A stretch of DNA of 64,000 bases from Heteronotia binoei. Lineage: Eukaryota. Shown here piece after piece: positions 13,711 to 25,639 of the stretch; the stretch's first letter is position 1, and every line of letters starts with the position of its first letter. The stretch covers positions 25,234,001 to 25,298,000 of the forward strand of contig NC_083237.1 in NCBI RefSeq assembly GCF_032191835.1. Direction: 5' to 3'. Both the position numbers and the translations under genes were made by a program. The notes beneath the pieces were generated by a model. That model worked only from the letters and a program-made list of their open reading frames with translations. It did no database searches and was not told the DNA's origin.

Positions 13711-14220
13711 ATCTGTCTACCTTGGCCCTGAAATCCTTAGTGCTTAATGTAAACGACACAGAAGAAAGAGATAATGAGGATCAAGCCATGTTATTATTCT
13801 TGGAAGCCTTATGTCTTAAGTCTTAAAAGACAGCATGTAATTGCTTAGAGATATGGGGAAAGCATTCTGTACATGTTCAGAGGCACTGTTAATGATTTCT
13901 CCCTGTTCCCAGGCAGACCAGATCTGGTACTGAAAACTGGTTGCAGGACAGAGGTCTAGTGTTCCACCTCTCCTCACTAATTCAAGACCACCTCCTGCCA
14001 TATGAACTTGCCCATACTCTCAGGTACAGATTTGTGCTTCTTTCTCTTCATCAGAGGTGAGATGGGTGTAGGACTACTCTCTTCAGTTCCAGAAGGTAGA
14101 ATATTACATTATATTCTGAGCATACTGTTTTAAATCTTGTGCTGGCTTAATTGCAGAAGTCTGCCTTTTAAAAAACTGCAATTTGGTTTTATTATACTGT
14201 TGTTTTAGTATTATTTGATG

Positions 14221-14445
14221 AAGAAGGAGTAGGAGTTGGATTTATACTCTGCCCTTCACTCGGAGTCTCAGAGCAGCTTACAATCTCCAAAACAGACACC
14301 CTGTGAGGCAGGTGGGGCTGAGAGAGCTTTGAGAGAACTGTGACTGACCCAGGGTCACCCAGATGGCTGCAGATGGAGAAGTGGGGAATCAAACCCAGTT
14401 CTCCAGATTAGCGTCCGCTGCTCTTAACCGCTAAACTGAACTGGT
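14221..14445 (-). mobile_element. MIR/Ther1-derived SINE (Squam3-like)
   Basis: tRNA head on minus strand, CORE-like segment (cagccccacctgcctcacagggtgtc) and L2-like tail. Related copies at about 9630-9835, 14921-15115 and 59820-60050. Confidence 0.75.
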
Positions 14446-16939
14446 TGTTTGGTTTTATGTATAGCTAAGCAAGGTAATCTCTGATTAGTATTTGGATGGG
14501 AGACCACCAAGGAAATCCAGGGCTGCAACATACAGGCAGGCAATGTCAAATCAGCATGTCTCTTGCTTTGAAAACCCTACAGGGTGACCATAAACTGGCT
14601 GTGACTTTATGCACTTTCTACCACCACATGCACAGTTTGTTGGGTGCCTGGGCTGTTAGAGAACAGAAAGATGGAAGATACATATTTTAGGCAGAGAAAT
14701 AACATAGGCTATAGTGCTATCTTAAGCAAGTACAGCCTGCTAAATCTACTGATGTCAGTGGGTCTAGAAGGGAGTAAGTCTGTTTATGACTGCAGTGCTA
14801 AGCCCTGTGATTCCCAAGCCCCAGACTTCCTGCTTGGGTACTCATTCCTCCCCCCCCAACCCTATTTATTTTGGTTCCCAACATCCCGTGCCCTAATTTA
14901 TGAGACCCCTCCCACCAGCAGGAGCCAGTGTTGCATAATGGTTAGAGTCTTGGATTAGGATCTGAGACCTGGATTCAATTTCCTGCTCTGCTTTGAAGGG
15001 TTGGCAGGTGACCTTGGGGCAGTCATCCATTCTCAGCCGCACCTACCTCACAGGGTTGTTGTGTGGTTAAAACTGAGGATGGGTGTGCAATTTATGCTGC
15101 TCACCATATGAAGGAAAGGTGGGTGTGTGTGTTTTTTAAAGGAAGAAATAAGAACGTAGAGTCTAGAATCTTCCCCCACTGAAAATACAATGCTCTCCTC
15201 TTTCTTCCCGCCCTGCCCAGCACAGCTGCAGTTTCTGCAATGGTTTAGTTGTGGAAAGTGGAAAGATGAGCAATTATTTTTATTGCCCCTGTATGAGTCG
15301 GAAAATGGTACCATCTGGCCTTGGGGGTCTCTGTGGTGGAGAAGGGGGAAGAGAATGATTCATTAATTCCCCCCCCCAACCCCCACCCGTGATGGTTGCC
15401 ATTGGCAGTTGCTGCCTGGCAAAATTCATGTCTCCCTGCTTTTTAAACACTTTGTTAATTGCTTTTTCGGATACGCTCCGCTCCGCACGAATGAGACCAG
15501 AATAACTATTATGCCCTGGGAAGTAGAATTCCTGAGTTCTCCGGAACAGTGATGAGAACCCTGTGAGATATAGGGGGGGGGGGGGGCATTCTGGAGGCTG
15601 AAGTCTAGTGGATTAAACATGGAGGGATTGGATATCAGAGCACCTGATCCACTGGAACAGTAAGGGGTGGCTTGGAGAGTCCGAGAAAGGGGGGATCCCT
15701 TGGCTTTGCAATGAGGCAAGGCACTGGGATTGGAGTCTGCTGAAAGAATGTGTGTGGCAGGGGATGAACTTAGAGAGTTGTGGCTCTGGGGGCTTTCCCT
15801 GTGCCTTGTCTCCTTCCTCTTGGAAAGGGCTAGGAAAGGGGATGGGCTTTCTTTCCCCAGCACTGAAAGCCAAATAAAAACTATGCCATGAACTATGGAG
15901 CCGTTGCTACTAGGCACACTTCAGATGCACATCATTGTCATGCTACATCTGTGGATGTGGCAGCTCTCAGAGTGCAGCTGACAGGAATGTGGCACATTCC
16001 CTATGCTAATCTCCGAAATGCAAAAGCAGCCATAGGCTGCTCACTTGGATAGGGGGGCAGGGGGCGCGCTGTTCCCATCTCTGACACCCCAGAGAAAAGT
16101 AGGACACGGCTTACTTTGAATGGGAATTTTTTTTGTTGAAGTGGAAATGTGGTGTTTCTGACTTTGTGATCTGCTTAGATACTTTTAACAGCCCTTTTAG
16201 AAATCTTCTCCTCCCACCCTTGTGAGAAAATTGTGTTCTAATAGGTTGTATATGAGAAGAAAACCCCTCCCCTTGATTTACTTTTTCGCTTTAGAGGATA
16301 CACAGCATAACCTAAATGCAGACCAAACCTACTCCTGCTTCAACTAACCGCAGGTCTCATTATCACAAGGAACACTCCAAGATGTTCTTCCTGGCTGAAA
16401 CACCAGATGGGTACCCAGGCAGGCAGTGGCGAAGAAGGAAATGCAAATAACCAAGGGTCTGGATTAACCCAGCTCTCTGAACTTCAACTGTCTGGGAATT
16501 TGCCACTGTAGGGAAATGCTTCAAGCTAAAGCCGCCTGTTACGAAACAGCTACCACCCTGAGGTGACAACTGGAGAGGCATTTGCCAAAGCTGGAGTGTT
16601 ACACACAGCACTTACTCCAGATGCTTGGTCTGTAGCCACTGTGCTAGAGACAGACTAAACTTCCTAAACATTCAAGACTCCAGCTTGCCTACAGTGTGTT
16701 CTACATTTAAAATTTCTCCTAAATGCTTCCCAACTGATGGGATACCGTGTCCACCTGTGGATGATGTTAGTTTAAAACACCAGTGAAAAATGGAAGGGTT
16801 GGAGACAGACAAGGCATCAATTCTGAGGTTGTACTGCCCCCTTTTGCCCAACATGGAGATGACAAATGAGGGAAAGTAAAATCACTGCTTAATTGGGAAA
16901 GAAAGAAAGAAGGTTCTTCCTTTCATTTCTGCTGAAATG

Positions 16940-17119
16940 CAGGGCTTTTTTTGAGCAGGAACGCACAAGAACGCAGTTCTGGCTGGCTTGGTGTCAGAGG
17001 GTGTGGCCTAATATGCAAATAAGTTATAAAAAAGCCCTGTGTGAAACAATGGGTGTCAGGGTATGTGGCCTAATATGCAAATGAGTTCCTGCTGGGCAAT
17101 TTATACCAAAAAAGCCCTG
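16940..17119. mobile_element. hAT MITE (CAGGGCTTTTTT TIR) with two octamer units
   Basis: Perfect TIRs CAGGGCTTTTTT/AAAAAAGCCCTG and perfect 8-bp TSD CTGAAATG (16932-16939 and 17120-17127). Confidence 0.92.
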
Positions 17120-17649
17120 CTGAAATGTATTAGTGTTGCATACAAAGTAAAGGCTGTTTTACATGAGAAATTCTTGTGCAGAAATCGCTCTGTGAAACAG
17201 TGTCTGCTAATCCTGGATAGATTGTTATTAAAATGTGCTGTTTTCGATATGTACAGCTGCTGTAAACCATGACTGAGTGAAGCTTCCTGCTACATAAAGG
17301 TATTTTGTGCATGAAGTACCATTTGATGTGACTGTCAACTCCTCAGAGTCACACAAAGTCCTACCCCAAAGGAAGTTCTGCACAGAAATTTCTTAATGTA
17401 TGGCCCTAGAAAAGAACCCATGTGCTGTTCGCCTTGAATGCTAAAACCAGGGCCCCTGGCTTCTAGCTGCACAGTAGACTGCCAACGCAATTTTTCTGGC
17501 AGCTTTGCTCTTGCTGGTTCACATACAAACTGGTTTCCCCTTCCTCTGTAACCCCCATGAGGCCTGCTAACTACACTGCACTGCAAGCTTTTATCTATTT
17601 ACTTATCATGCCAGCTGGGACTGTGTTGCTGTGCATTCCTGCTAAAAAA

Positions 17650-17935
17650 AACCCCCTGAAGTCGAGCACAGCGGACATCCCTCGGGCCAGAGACCACCAG
17701 TAGATTTTGATCTACTGAGCGTAATGTTCTTCTGGGGGTATATTGAGAGAGGGTATGTTGGTCCCAGACTGTTAAGGGCCTTAATGGTCAGCACCAGAAC
17801 CATGCTGGATCCAGTACTCCACCGGAAGCCAATGCAGCTCATATAGCACAGGTCAAATATGTGCTGTGTGGCAGGCCCCTGTGGCATTCTGCACCAGTTG
17901 GAGTTTCGGGGTCAACCTCAAGGGAAGGCTCATGT
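17650..17935 (-). mobile_element. Old degraded L2 LINE fragment
   Basis: Similarity to the C-terminal part of the L2 copies at 18964 and 61941 (ggcattctgcaccagttggagtttc...; ggtcagcaccagaacc). Confidence 0.6.
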
Positions 17936-18963
17936 GGAGCAAGGCCTTTTCTTGCACTTGAGAAGCAGAGAAAAGATCAAGAATCAGTGAGCCCCAAGAG
18001 GCTGCGCAAAACTTAGTGGCTGACCCTTATTCAGAACTTTAGGGCTGCCAAAGTCAGAAGGGGAAATTCCTGGAGACTTGGGGGTGGAGCCTGGAGAGGG
18101 TGGGGTTTGGAGAGAGACCTCAGTGGTATAGTTGCCAGCCTACAAGTGAGGAGAACCTATTCTGTCTATACAAAGAATGAGCTAGAGCCTTATGAGAAAA
18201 TGACATGAGTTGTGGGTTCCATCTGAAGCAACGATCAAGGCAATGAAACTTTTTTACATCAGGCAACATGGACCAGCTTTGTATGAATGAACTGATTCTT
18301 TTTGCTTACATATTAATGAAACACTAGAGACTGATTTGAGAAATCTATCTGATGTGAGGATTATGTGTTATTTTTGGTGTGGAACCCTTAAGAAGTGCCT
18401 GCGTGCACAGAAATAATCTTCTGCAGACTGCTTGAATGTTTATTCTGTTAATGAGTTGCTTTCAGACTTCTTTGAACTTCCATTAAATGTTTGTGAATGA
18501 GTTCTCTGAAGACTGTTTTGGAATGTCAATGGCACCTGAGAGTGTATATGTTTTATCGGTCCTGGCAGTGGGCTCTTAGGCATGAACTGTGAAAGTTACA
18601 GATTTTACAAACATACAGAGTAGTTTTCATTACCTGATAATATTTTTCTCATAATAAATATTTTGTTTGAGCAGCATGTGTTTGACAGTTTAACCCAGAC
18701 TTTTTTTTGTTAGAACTTAACCTTCAAGTGAGGCCTGGAGATCTGATGGAACAACAAATGATCTCTAGGTTACATAAATCAGCTCCTATGGAGCAAATGA
18801 CTACTTTGGAGGGTGGGTTATATGGTACTATTCCCCTCTCTCTCCATACTTCACCCCCAAATCTCTAGGAATTTCCCAAGCTGGAGTAGGCAACCCTACA
18901 CAGAAACCACCTCCCAAAGCAGCCATCTTCTCAGGGGAGCTGATCTCTGTTGTCTGGAAATCA

Positions 18964-19945
18964 GTAGGCAGGTCCCAGGCCATATAGGGCTTTAAAGGTA
19001 ATGACCAGCACCTTGTACCGGACTCGGTATGTTATTGGGAGCCAGTGCAGAGCCCGAAGACCCGGCCGAATGTGCCCCCATCTTGGAAGGCCCAATAACA
19101 GCCGGGCCACGGCATTCTGCACCAGCTGCAATTTCCGAGTTCGGCACAGGGGCAGCCCCATGTAGAGGGCATTGCAGTAGTCCAACCTCGAGGTGACCGT
19201 AGCATGGATCACTGTTGCTAGGTCGTCGCGATCCAGGAAGGGAGCCAGCTGCCTTGCCCGCCTAAGATGAAAAAACGCGGACTTGGCAGTGGCTGCTATC
19301 TGATGCTTCCCTATCTTTAGGGAAGGCTCCAATAGCACCCCCAGGCTCTTGACCCTATCCGCCGCCGTCAGCGGCGCACCGTCAAAAGCTGGCAAGGGGA
19401 TTTCCCCCCCCCCCCCCGGTCCTCGATGACCCAAGCAAAGGACCTCTGTCTTCGCAGGATTTAATCTCAGTCCACTCAGTCTGAGCCACTCAGCCACGGC
19501 CTGTAGTGCCCGATCCAGATTTTCTGGGGTGCAGACCGGCCGGCCGTCCATAAGCAGATAAAGCTGGGTGTCATCAGCATACTGGTGACACCCCAGCCCA
19601 TACCTTCGGGCAATCTGGGCAAGGGGTCGCATATAGATGTTAAATAACATCGGGGAGAGAACCGCTCCCTGGGGCACTCCACAGTCAAGTGTGCGCCTCC
19701 GGGATAGCTCCCCCGCAATTGCGACCCTTTGTCCCCGACCTTCAAGGAAAGAGGAAAGCCACTGCAAGGCCAGCCCCTGAATCCCCACGTCGGCGAGGCG
19801 GCAAGTCAGTAACCGATGGTCGACCGTATCGAACGCCACCGATAGGTCCAACAGCATCAGCACTGCCGAGCCACCCCAGTCCAGATGCCGTTGAAGGTCA
19901 TCTACCAGGGCAACCAACACCGTCTCCGTCCCATGGTCCAGGTGA
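18964..19945 (-). mobile_element. L2-clade LINE internal fragment with open RT frame (ORF 18961-19920)
   Basis: RT motifs LLDLSVAFDTVDH, GVPQGAVLSP and HQYADD; C-terminal SRLDYCNALY typical of the L2 clade; truncated at both ends. Confidence 0.9.
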
Positions 19946-20135
19946 GCCCAATCTTATCAGATCTCTGAAGTTAAGCATAGCTGGCCTTAGTCTAAGTGCT
20001 TGGATGGGAAACTATCAAGGAAGTCAGATGCTTTTATGCACATGAAGGCAACAGCAAACAATGTTTGCTCATGTCTTGCCTTGAAAACCCTGTGGGGTCA
20101 CCATAAGGTGGCTACAACGATAGCACTTTGCAGAC
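19937..20135 (+). mobile_element. 5S rRNA-derived SINE
   Basis: gagcccaatcttatcagatctctgaagttaagc...tgcttggatgggaaac resembles 5S rRNA boxes A and C; family tail gtggggtcaccataag. Confidence 0.75.
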
Positions 20136-20290
20136 ACAAGTTTCCATTGTGAAGATGCCTGGGATGTAACCTGAGATGTGGGTTCTCCTCAGTTCCCATG
20201 CCTGGGGTGCCTGATTCGGATCATGAGTGGCAGGTGTGGAGAAGTTACTTCTGCTCTCCCCCCTCCCCTGTTTTCATTGCTGTTTCCATT

Positions 20291-20688
20291 GTGTGAAAGA
20301 AAGCTGACAGGAAGAAAACAGATTCTTTTGAAATGTGGTGTTGGAGAAGAGTTTTACAGATACCATGAACTACCAAAGAGACAACTGGGTTCTAGACCAA
20401 ATCAAGCCTGAACTCTCCCTCAAAGCTACAATGACTAAACTGAGGCAATCATATTTTGGTCACATTATGGGAAGACAAGAGTCAGTCGGAAAAGACAAAA
20501 ATGCTTGGGAAAGTTGAAGGCAGCAAGAAAAGATGAAAACCCAACATGAGATAGACTCAATAAAGGAAGCAACAACCATCATTTTGCAAGGCCTCAGAAT
20601 AGCTGTTAACGACAGGTTGTTTGGGAGGACACTAATTCATTGGGTTGTGAGTCAGAAGCAACTGGACAGCACTTAACGCACACACACA
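20291..20688 (+). mobile_element. BovB-type RTE LINE 3' fragment
   Basis: Remnant translation DSFEMWCWRRVLQIP and a typical BovB 3' end (gagtcagaagcaactggacagcacttaac) with a CA tail. Confidence 0.8.
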
Positions 20689-21197
20689 ATATTCCCATTG
20701 GGAAAACCCATGAGTATACTTGGGATTCCTAATGCTCCCAGGCATTATTAGATCAGGAGAATAGTGTAGCTGAGAAAGCTTCAAGCCCCTTCTCCACATA
20801 TGCTACATTTGCAAAATCTAAATTGGACACCTCACCAAACTGAGGAAAAACCACAGTTCATGTGTAACCAAGAAAAAAATTAAGACAAGGCAATTACATG
20901 TACTGTGTGTGTGTAGGATGGTTACTGTTTCACATTTGTCAAAACACCATGCTCCTTTCTGAGCTCTCCTGTAGATACCCTACCACAATTCCTCTAGGGT
21001 AGCACCCTCCCCCTCCCAGCTGGTGGTGTCCCTTTTAAAAACACAGCACCCTCTACTAAATCAGAACCCTTCCTAGATCCATTTGCTAGAGTCTAAAGTC
21101 TTTTAGAGAGCAATCCTAAACAGGTCTGCTCTGAACTTTACTACAGCCTGTTCAATGGGGCTTACTCCCAGGAAAGTGTCTTTAGGATTGCACTGTT

Positions 21198-21397
21198 AGC
21201 CCTGACCTGGATAGCCCAGTCAAGCCCGATCTTGTCAGAACTCAGAAACTAAGCAAAGTCACCCCTGGTTAGTATTTGGACCACCCAAGGAGTTAAAACT
21301 GGGTTGATACAGAGGCAGGTGAGGGCAAAGCACCTCTGAACATCTCATGCCTTGAAAATACCCTACCAGGTCGTCCTAAGTCGGCAGCGACTTGACC
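21198..21397 (+). mobile_element. 5S rRNA-derived SINE with RTE/Sauria-like tail
   Basis: gcccgatcttgtcagaactcagaaactaagc...cctggttagtatttgg matches the vertebrate 5S internal promoter; 3' end ggtcgtcctaagtcggcagcgacttgac resembles RTE/Sauria SINE tails. Confidence 0.8.
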
Positions 21398-21719
21398 ACA
21401 GGAAGCCTTCTTGGCCACCTCCCTGAAATATGGCAACACATCCATCCCCCACTTCTTTGCAGGGCATTTTTAAAATTTAGTTCCCCCACCTCACCGAGTT
21501 TTCATCATTTCTGCAGAACTGGGGACGCAGAAGAAGCTACAGATCACTAGTGTGTGTGGTACCTGACTAGACTGAAGCAAGGGCTCTTTACGGTTTCTGA
21601 GATGGGTATGGCCTCCGAGAACACAGGACATGTAGCTCTCCACAGCCCCCCGTATAACTCCACTCCCAACCCCATTTTAATAGGAGGCTAAAGTTCTGCT
21701 ATCATTTCCCCCAATAGTT

Positions 21720-21910
21720 AAGCGCACGTGTGATTTGTGTTTGCAGGAAACTTCCTGCTCCAGATGCTCCAGCAAGCTCAGATCTTCCCCACTTAATCGT
21801 TCCGTACCAAGCGCCTCTGTGCTTTCTCCATTCATATCCCCTCCTTTCTCCTTAGTAAACCCAGCCCCACTGTGGGTGTGGAAAACCTCCTCTCTCTCCG
21901 CCCCCTTTTG
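21720..21910 (+). promoter_or_regulatory. Probable proximal promoter of KDELR1
   Basis: E-box CACGTG (21725-21730), ETS-type ACTTCCTG (21750-21757) and GC box TCCGCCCCC (21897-21905), 200-380 bp upstream of the ATG. Motif presence only. Confidence 0.45.
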
Positions 21911-22103
21911 GGGCCTGCCTTCCCAGACATCCTCCTTAGGAATACGGACACAACGCTTAGCTTGATTTGTATCAAAAAGAAGAAACCCAAAATTAAGGAT
22001 TCTGGGGATCTGCTCCTTTCCGGACCGCCGTCGTTCCCCATTCTTTCTGCAGGTTTCCAACTGGGAAGTTTAAACAAGCCTCTCTACTAAACGCCCGGAA
22101 AAG

Positions 22104-22194
22104 ATGAATATATTCCGCTTCCTAGGAGACATTTCTCATCTATTAGCTATAATCATCTTGCTGTTGAAGATCTGGAAGACGAGATCATGTGCTG
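22104..22194 (+). CDS. KDELR1: KDEL receptor 1, coding exon 1 (91 bp)
   Basis: [30 protein letters not shown]; donor G|gtaaga. The five exons join to 639 bp (212 aa plus stop) closely matching recalled human KDELR1; synteny with SYNGR4/TMEM143 supports the paralog call. Confidence 0.97.
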
Positions 22195-23910
22195 GTAAGA
22201 CAGGAGGCTATTCTGCTTGTTCCCGTTATAGTTCTCTACAGGAATGTAAAATGCCCATTATTTCCTGTGTGAGAGTGGTGATCACATACAATGAATGTGT
22301 CGAATCTTCTCTAAGCCAATCTGTAATTGACTAATTTACGCTTTGTAACTTACTAGGCTCACTGGTCCCGCCTCCTTTCTTCCCTCCCATTCTCTTGATA
22401 GTCTTTTAAAGTGATGAGTTGGCTTTAACTTTTTTTTTTAAAAAAAGCTGTTGAATTTTTTTTAAGTAAATAAAACCTGACAGTTGATTAACTCCACTCC
22501 TTCCTTTTTCTAAATATTTGTTTCAGGAACTCAAATAAATGATTGGAATTATCAAATGCATCCCTGCTGTGGTTTCTCTGCCCACCCAACTTGGAAATTA
22601 ATTTTGAGACTTTTTTTTTTTTTTTAAGTTGGCACTGATAGATTCGAGGGAGACAAGATGTGCTTGGTTTTCTTTAGAAAAATAAACTCCCCAGTGTTTT
22701 AAGAGGCTGGTTGAAAAAACATTATTATTTGCAAAGGCCTTTTCTTTGCTAAATGGTTCCCTTTCAAACGGGATGTGTGCAGTCTGATCCTATGCGTCCT
22801 GACTTGGAAGAATTTACTTGTTTGTTTAATGGAGCTTACTCCTGGGTAAGTGTGTGCAGGATTGCAGCCTTACAGGAAATACCATGTATTCGTATGCTTA
22901 GGAAGTTGGTGGTAGTTTGAAAAAAATTTTGACATCATTTTTTAATGTTTACATAAAACAGGAAAACTGAAGAAACTTTATTTGGAATAAGTTGGGAATT
23001 TACTTTGTATTTAACCGTGGCCACAGGTTGCACTTGGAGACACTGACTATTTTTTCTTAAGGCAGAGGCTGACTTTATTAAAGCCTGTGACAAAGCATAG
23101 GGATGGAATGTTTAGTTGCAAGAAACTTTATCTGTGGTTTTTACAGAGTGCATTCAATTTACCTTAACAAAAGAGGCCTAGCATTTGTTTATGAATTCTG
23201 ATATTCTTATATGCAATGCTTTTTAAATAAAAGATATATTTCTGCACGACTTGTGTGTGTGTGAGAGAGAGGTACAAAACACTGGGTTTTGTAAGGGGAA
23301 GAAAGTGTCTAAAATGGGAATCTAACTTAAAATGTAATTTTGTCCCTTGATGGATGAAACTTGTGGAATTTCATAGGAACAAGCCTGCTGCAGGGAATTG
23401 TGTTGGCTCTGGGTAAAGGGATGAGTGAGGTTGTGAAAATTAGTTTGGGTTAAAGAAAGCATTAACTATTCTCAGCCTTCTACAGAGTGGAAGATGGAAT
23501 ATTTAGGCTTCACAATTGCTTGAATGATGGCAGTTTCTATAAAGAGTAAGAGGGTGGGCCAGAGGGAAGCCACCAAATGAATGTTCATATAGATTTCCTC
23601 AGGCTGAGCAGGAGACTTCCCCCTTCTGTGCAGAACTGGGAAAGACCGTGGATTATCTCTTAAAGCAGGCCTCATGATATATTAGCAATGGATTGTATAA
23701 ATCCTGGTGATGATTAATCTATCCTGGCTCTATGTTGTTGTTGTTGGGGGGGATCATTTAAGACATTTAACTTCCTAGCTCCCCATGTGTTGATGGATGT
23801 TTCAACTCCTCTGGGCCACTGTCCCCAAGAAAATCTATTGTTTTACAGATATCCCCATCTTTCACTTGTGGTTATATGTGAGTTTCACTACCTTCTGTTT
23901 TTCCATGCAG

Positions 23911-24011
23911 GGATTTCTGGAAAGAGCCAAGTTCTCTTTGCCATTGTCTTCACTACTCGGTACCTAGATTTATTTACCAACTACATCTCCTTGTACAACA
24001 CATCCATGAAG
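23911..24011 (+). CDS. KDELR1: KDELR1 coding exon 2 (101 bp)
   Basis: ttccatgcag|GGATTTCT...AAG|gtacag; [34 protein letters not shown]. Confidence 0.97.
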
Positions 24012-24727
24012 GTACAGGCTTGATGCTGGACTGGATAAGTCTGACTTTGACTTGGGAATGGACAGGAAGAAAGCGTGATAGGATAGTGATGAGATGCTTA
24101 GAATGGAGAGAAGGCCTCATTATCGGAGCTTATTCTTCCAGGCCAAGCTTTGCCTGAATTAACTTGGTGTCACCATTGGGAAAGGCATCTCTCTGCAACA
24201 AAAGGGGATAGGGACTTGCTTTTTTAAATGAAAGGTTTACGTTGGAGAACCTGATACAATGATATAACAGCAAACACAGCAATAAAATGATATTCTATTG
24301 CCAATTTTTCTTTTGAGTGAAAACAGCCTGGTGGCCTGGGGAGAGGGATGCCCCTGCCAGGGCACTGGGGCATGGAAACCTGCCATGTGGAAGGCCCATT
24401 GCCACTGCACTGTATCAGCAGTCACAGCAGCAACAGGGAAACAACACAAGCCTTGGCCCTCTGTGGGAAACACCCTTGTTATGTGTAAACAGTTTGGGGT
24501 GGGTGGGGGGTTGGTTTGAAGCTAAAGGGGGCACTCAAACCTAAAAGGGGGAGGTATAAACAAAAACTTGTTAAAATTTAGCTAAAGGGCATATTAAGCT
24601 TGAGGTCAGATTTCCTAGGAAGGTGTGGAGTCCCAGAATATGAAGAAAGGTATACTTTAGCTAGCTAGAAAGCAGTGGGAGAATGTGTGTACCTAGTTTG
24701 CTCCTCAATTGTTTTTGTCTCCTTTAG

Positions 24728-24886
24728 GTGGTTTACATTGCGTGCTCTTATGCCACGGTATGGATGATCTATAGCAAATTCAAAGCCACCTACGATGGCA
24801 ACCACGATACTTTCCGGGTGGAGTTTCTGGTTATTCCCACAGCAGTGTTAGCCTTCCTAATGAACCATGATTTCACTCCTCTGGAG
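24728..24886 (+). CDS. KDELR1: KDELR1 coding exon 3 (159 bp)
   Basis: ctcctttag|GTG...GAG|gtaaca; VVYIACSYATVWMIYSKFKATYDGNHDTFRVEFLVIPTAVLAFLMNHDFTPLE. Confidence 0.97.
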
Positions 24887-25322
24887 GTAACAAAGTCTTT
24901 TCCACTAACAACCAAACCTGACACCTGCTTCCCGTTCTACTCCTAAAAATGTTTTTTCACCTTAACTGGTGACAACATTTCAGCATTCCATCCAATGACA
25001 GGTGCCTCTCAGTATGTCTGCCATGCTGGGCTATCATGCAAATATAAGAAGCTGCCTTATACCAGGTCAGACTTTTGATCCATCAAGCTCAGTACTGCCT
25101 GTTCTGGCACACAGCTGCTCTCCAAGGTCTCTGGCAGAGAAAGGTACCAGGAACCAGAGATCCTTTAAACATGTTATTTTTCTCATACTACATCTCTCAT
25201 TAGATCAGGGGTGTCGAACTCATTTGTTATGAGGGCCAGATCTGACATAAATGAGACCTTGTTGGGCCAGGCCATGTTGGACTGGGCCATCTGTGTACCT
25301 ATTTAAGATTAGGTAACAGAGA

Positions 25323-25440
25323 CAGGGCTTTTTTTGAGCAGGAACACACAGGAACGCAGTTTCGGCTGGCTTTGTGTCAGAGGGTGTGGTCTAATATGCA
25401 AATAAGTTCCTGCTGGGCTTTTTCTACCAAAACCCCCCTG
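25323..25440. mobile_element. hAT MITE (CAGGGCTTTTTT family) nested in the 25206-26023 element
   Basis: Perfect 8-bp TSD AACAGAGA (25315-25322 and 25441-25448); one octamer unit. Confidence 0.9.
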
Positions 25441-25462
25441 AACAGAGATATAAACTTTATAA

Positions 25463-25639
25463 NNNNNNNNNNNNNNNNNNNNNNNNNNNNNNNNNNNNNN
25501 NNNNNNNNNNNNNNNNNNNNNNNNNNNNNNNNNNNNNNNNNNNNNNNNNNNNNNNNNNNNNNNNNNNNNNNNNNNNNNNNNNNNNNNNNNNNNNNNNNNN
25601 NNNNNNNNNNNNNNNNNNNNNNNNNNNNNNNNNNNNNNN
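25463..25639. other. Assembly gap (177 N)
   Basis: Run of N in the sequence. Confidence 1.

Noticed and set aside
21225-21290. 5S rRNA gene
   Set aside because: Partial and divergent, with a SINE body and tail; several similar copies occur.
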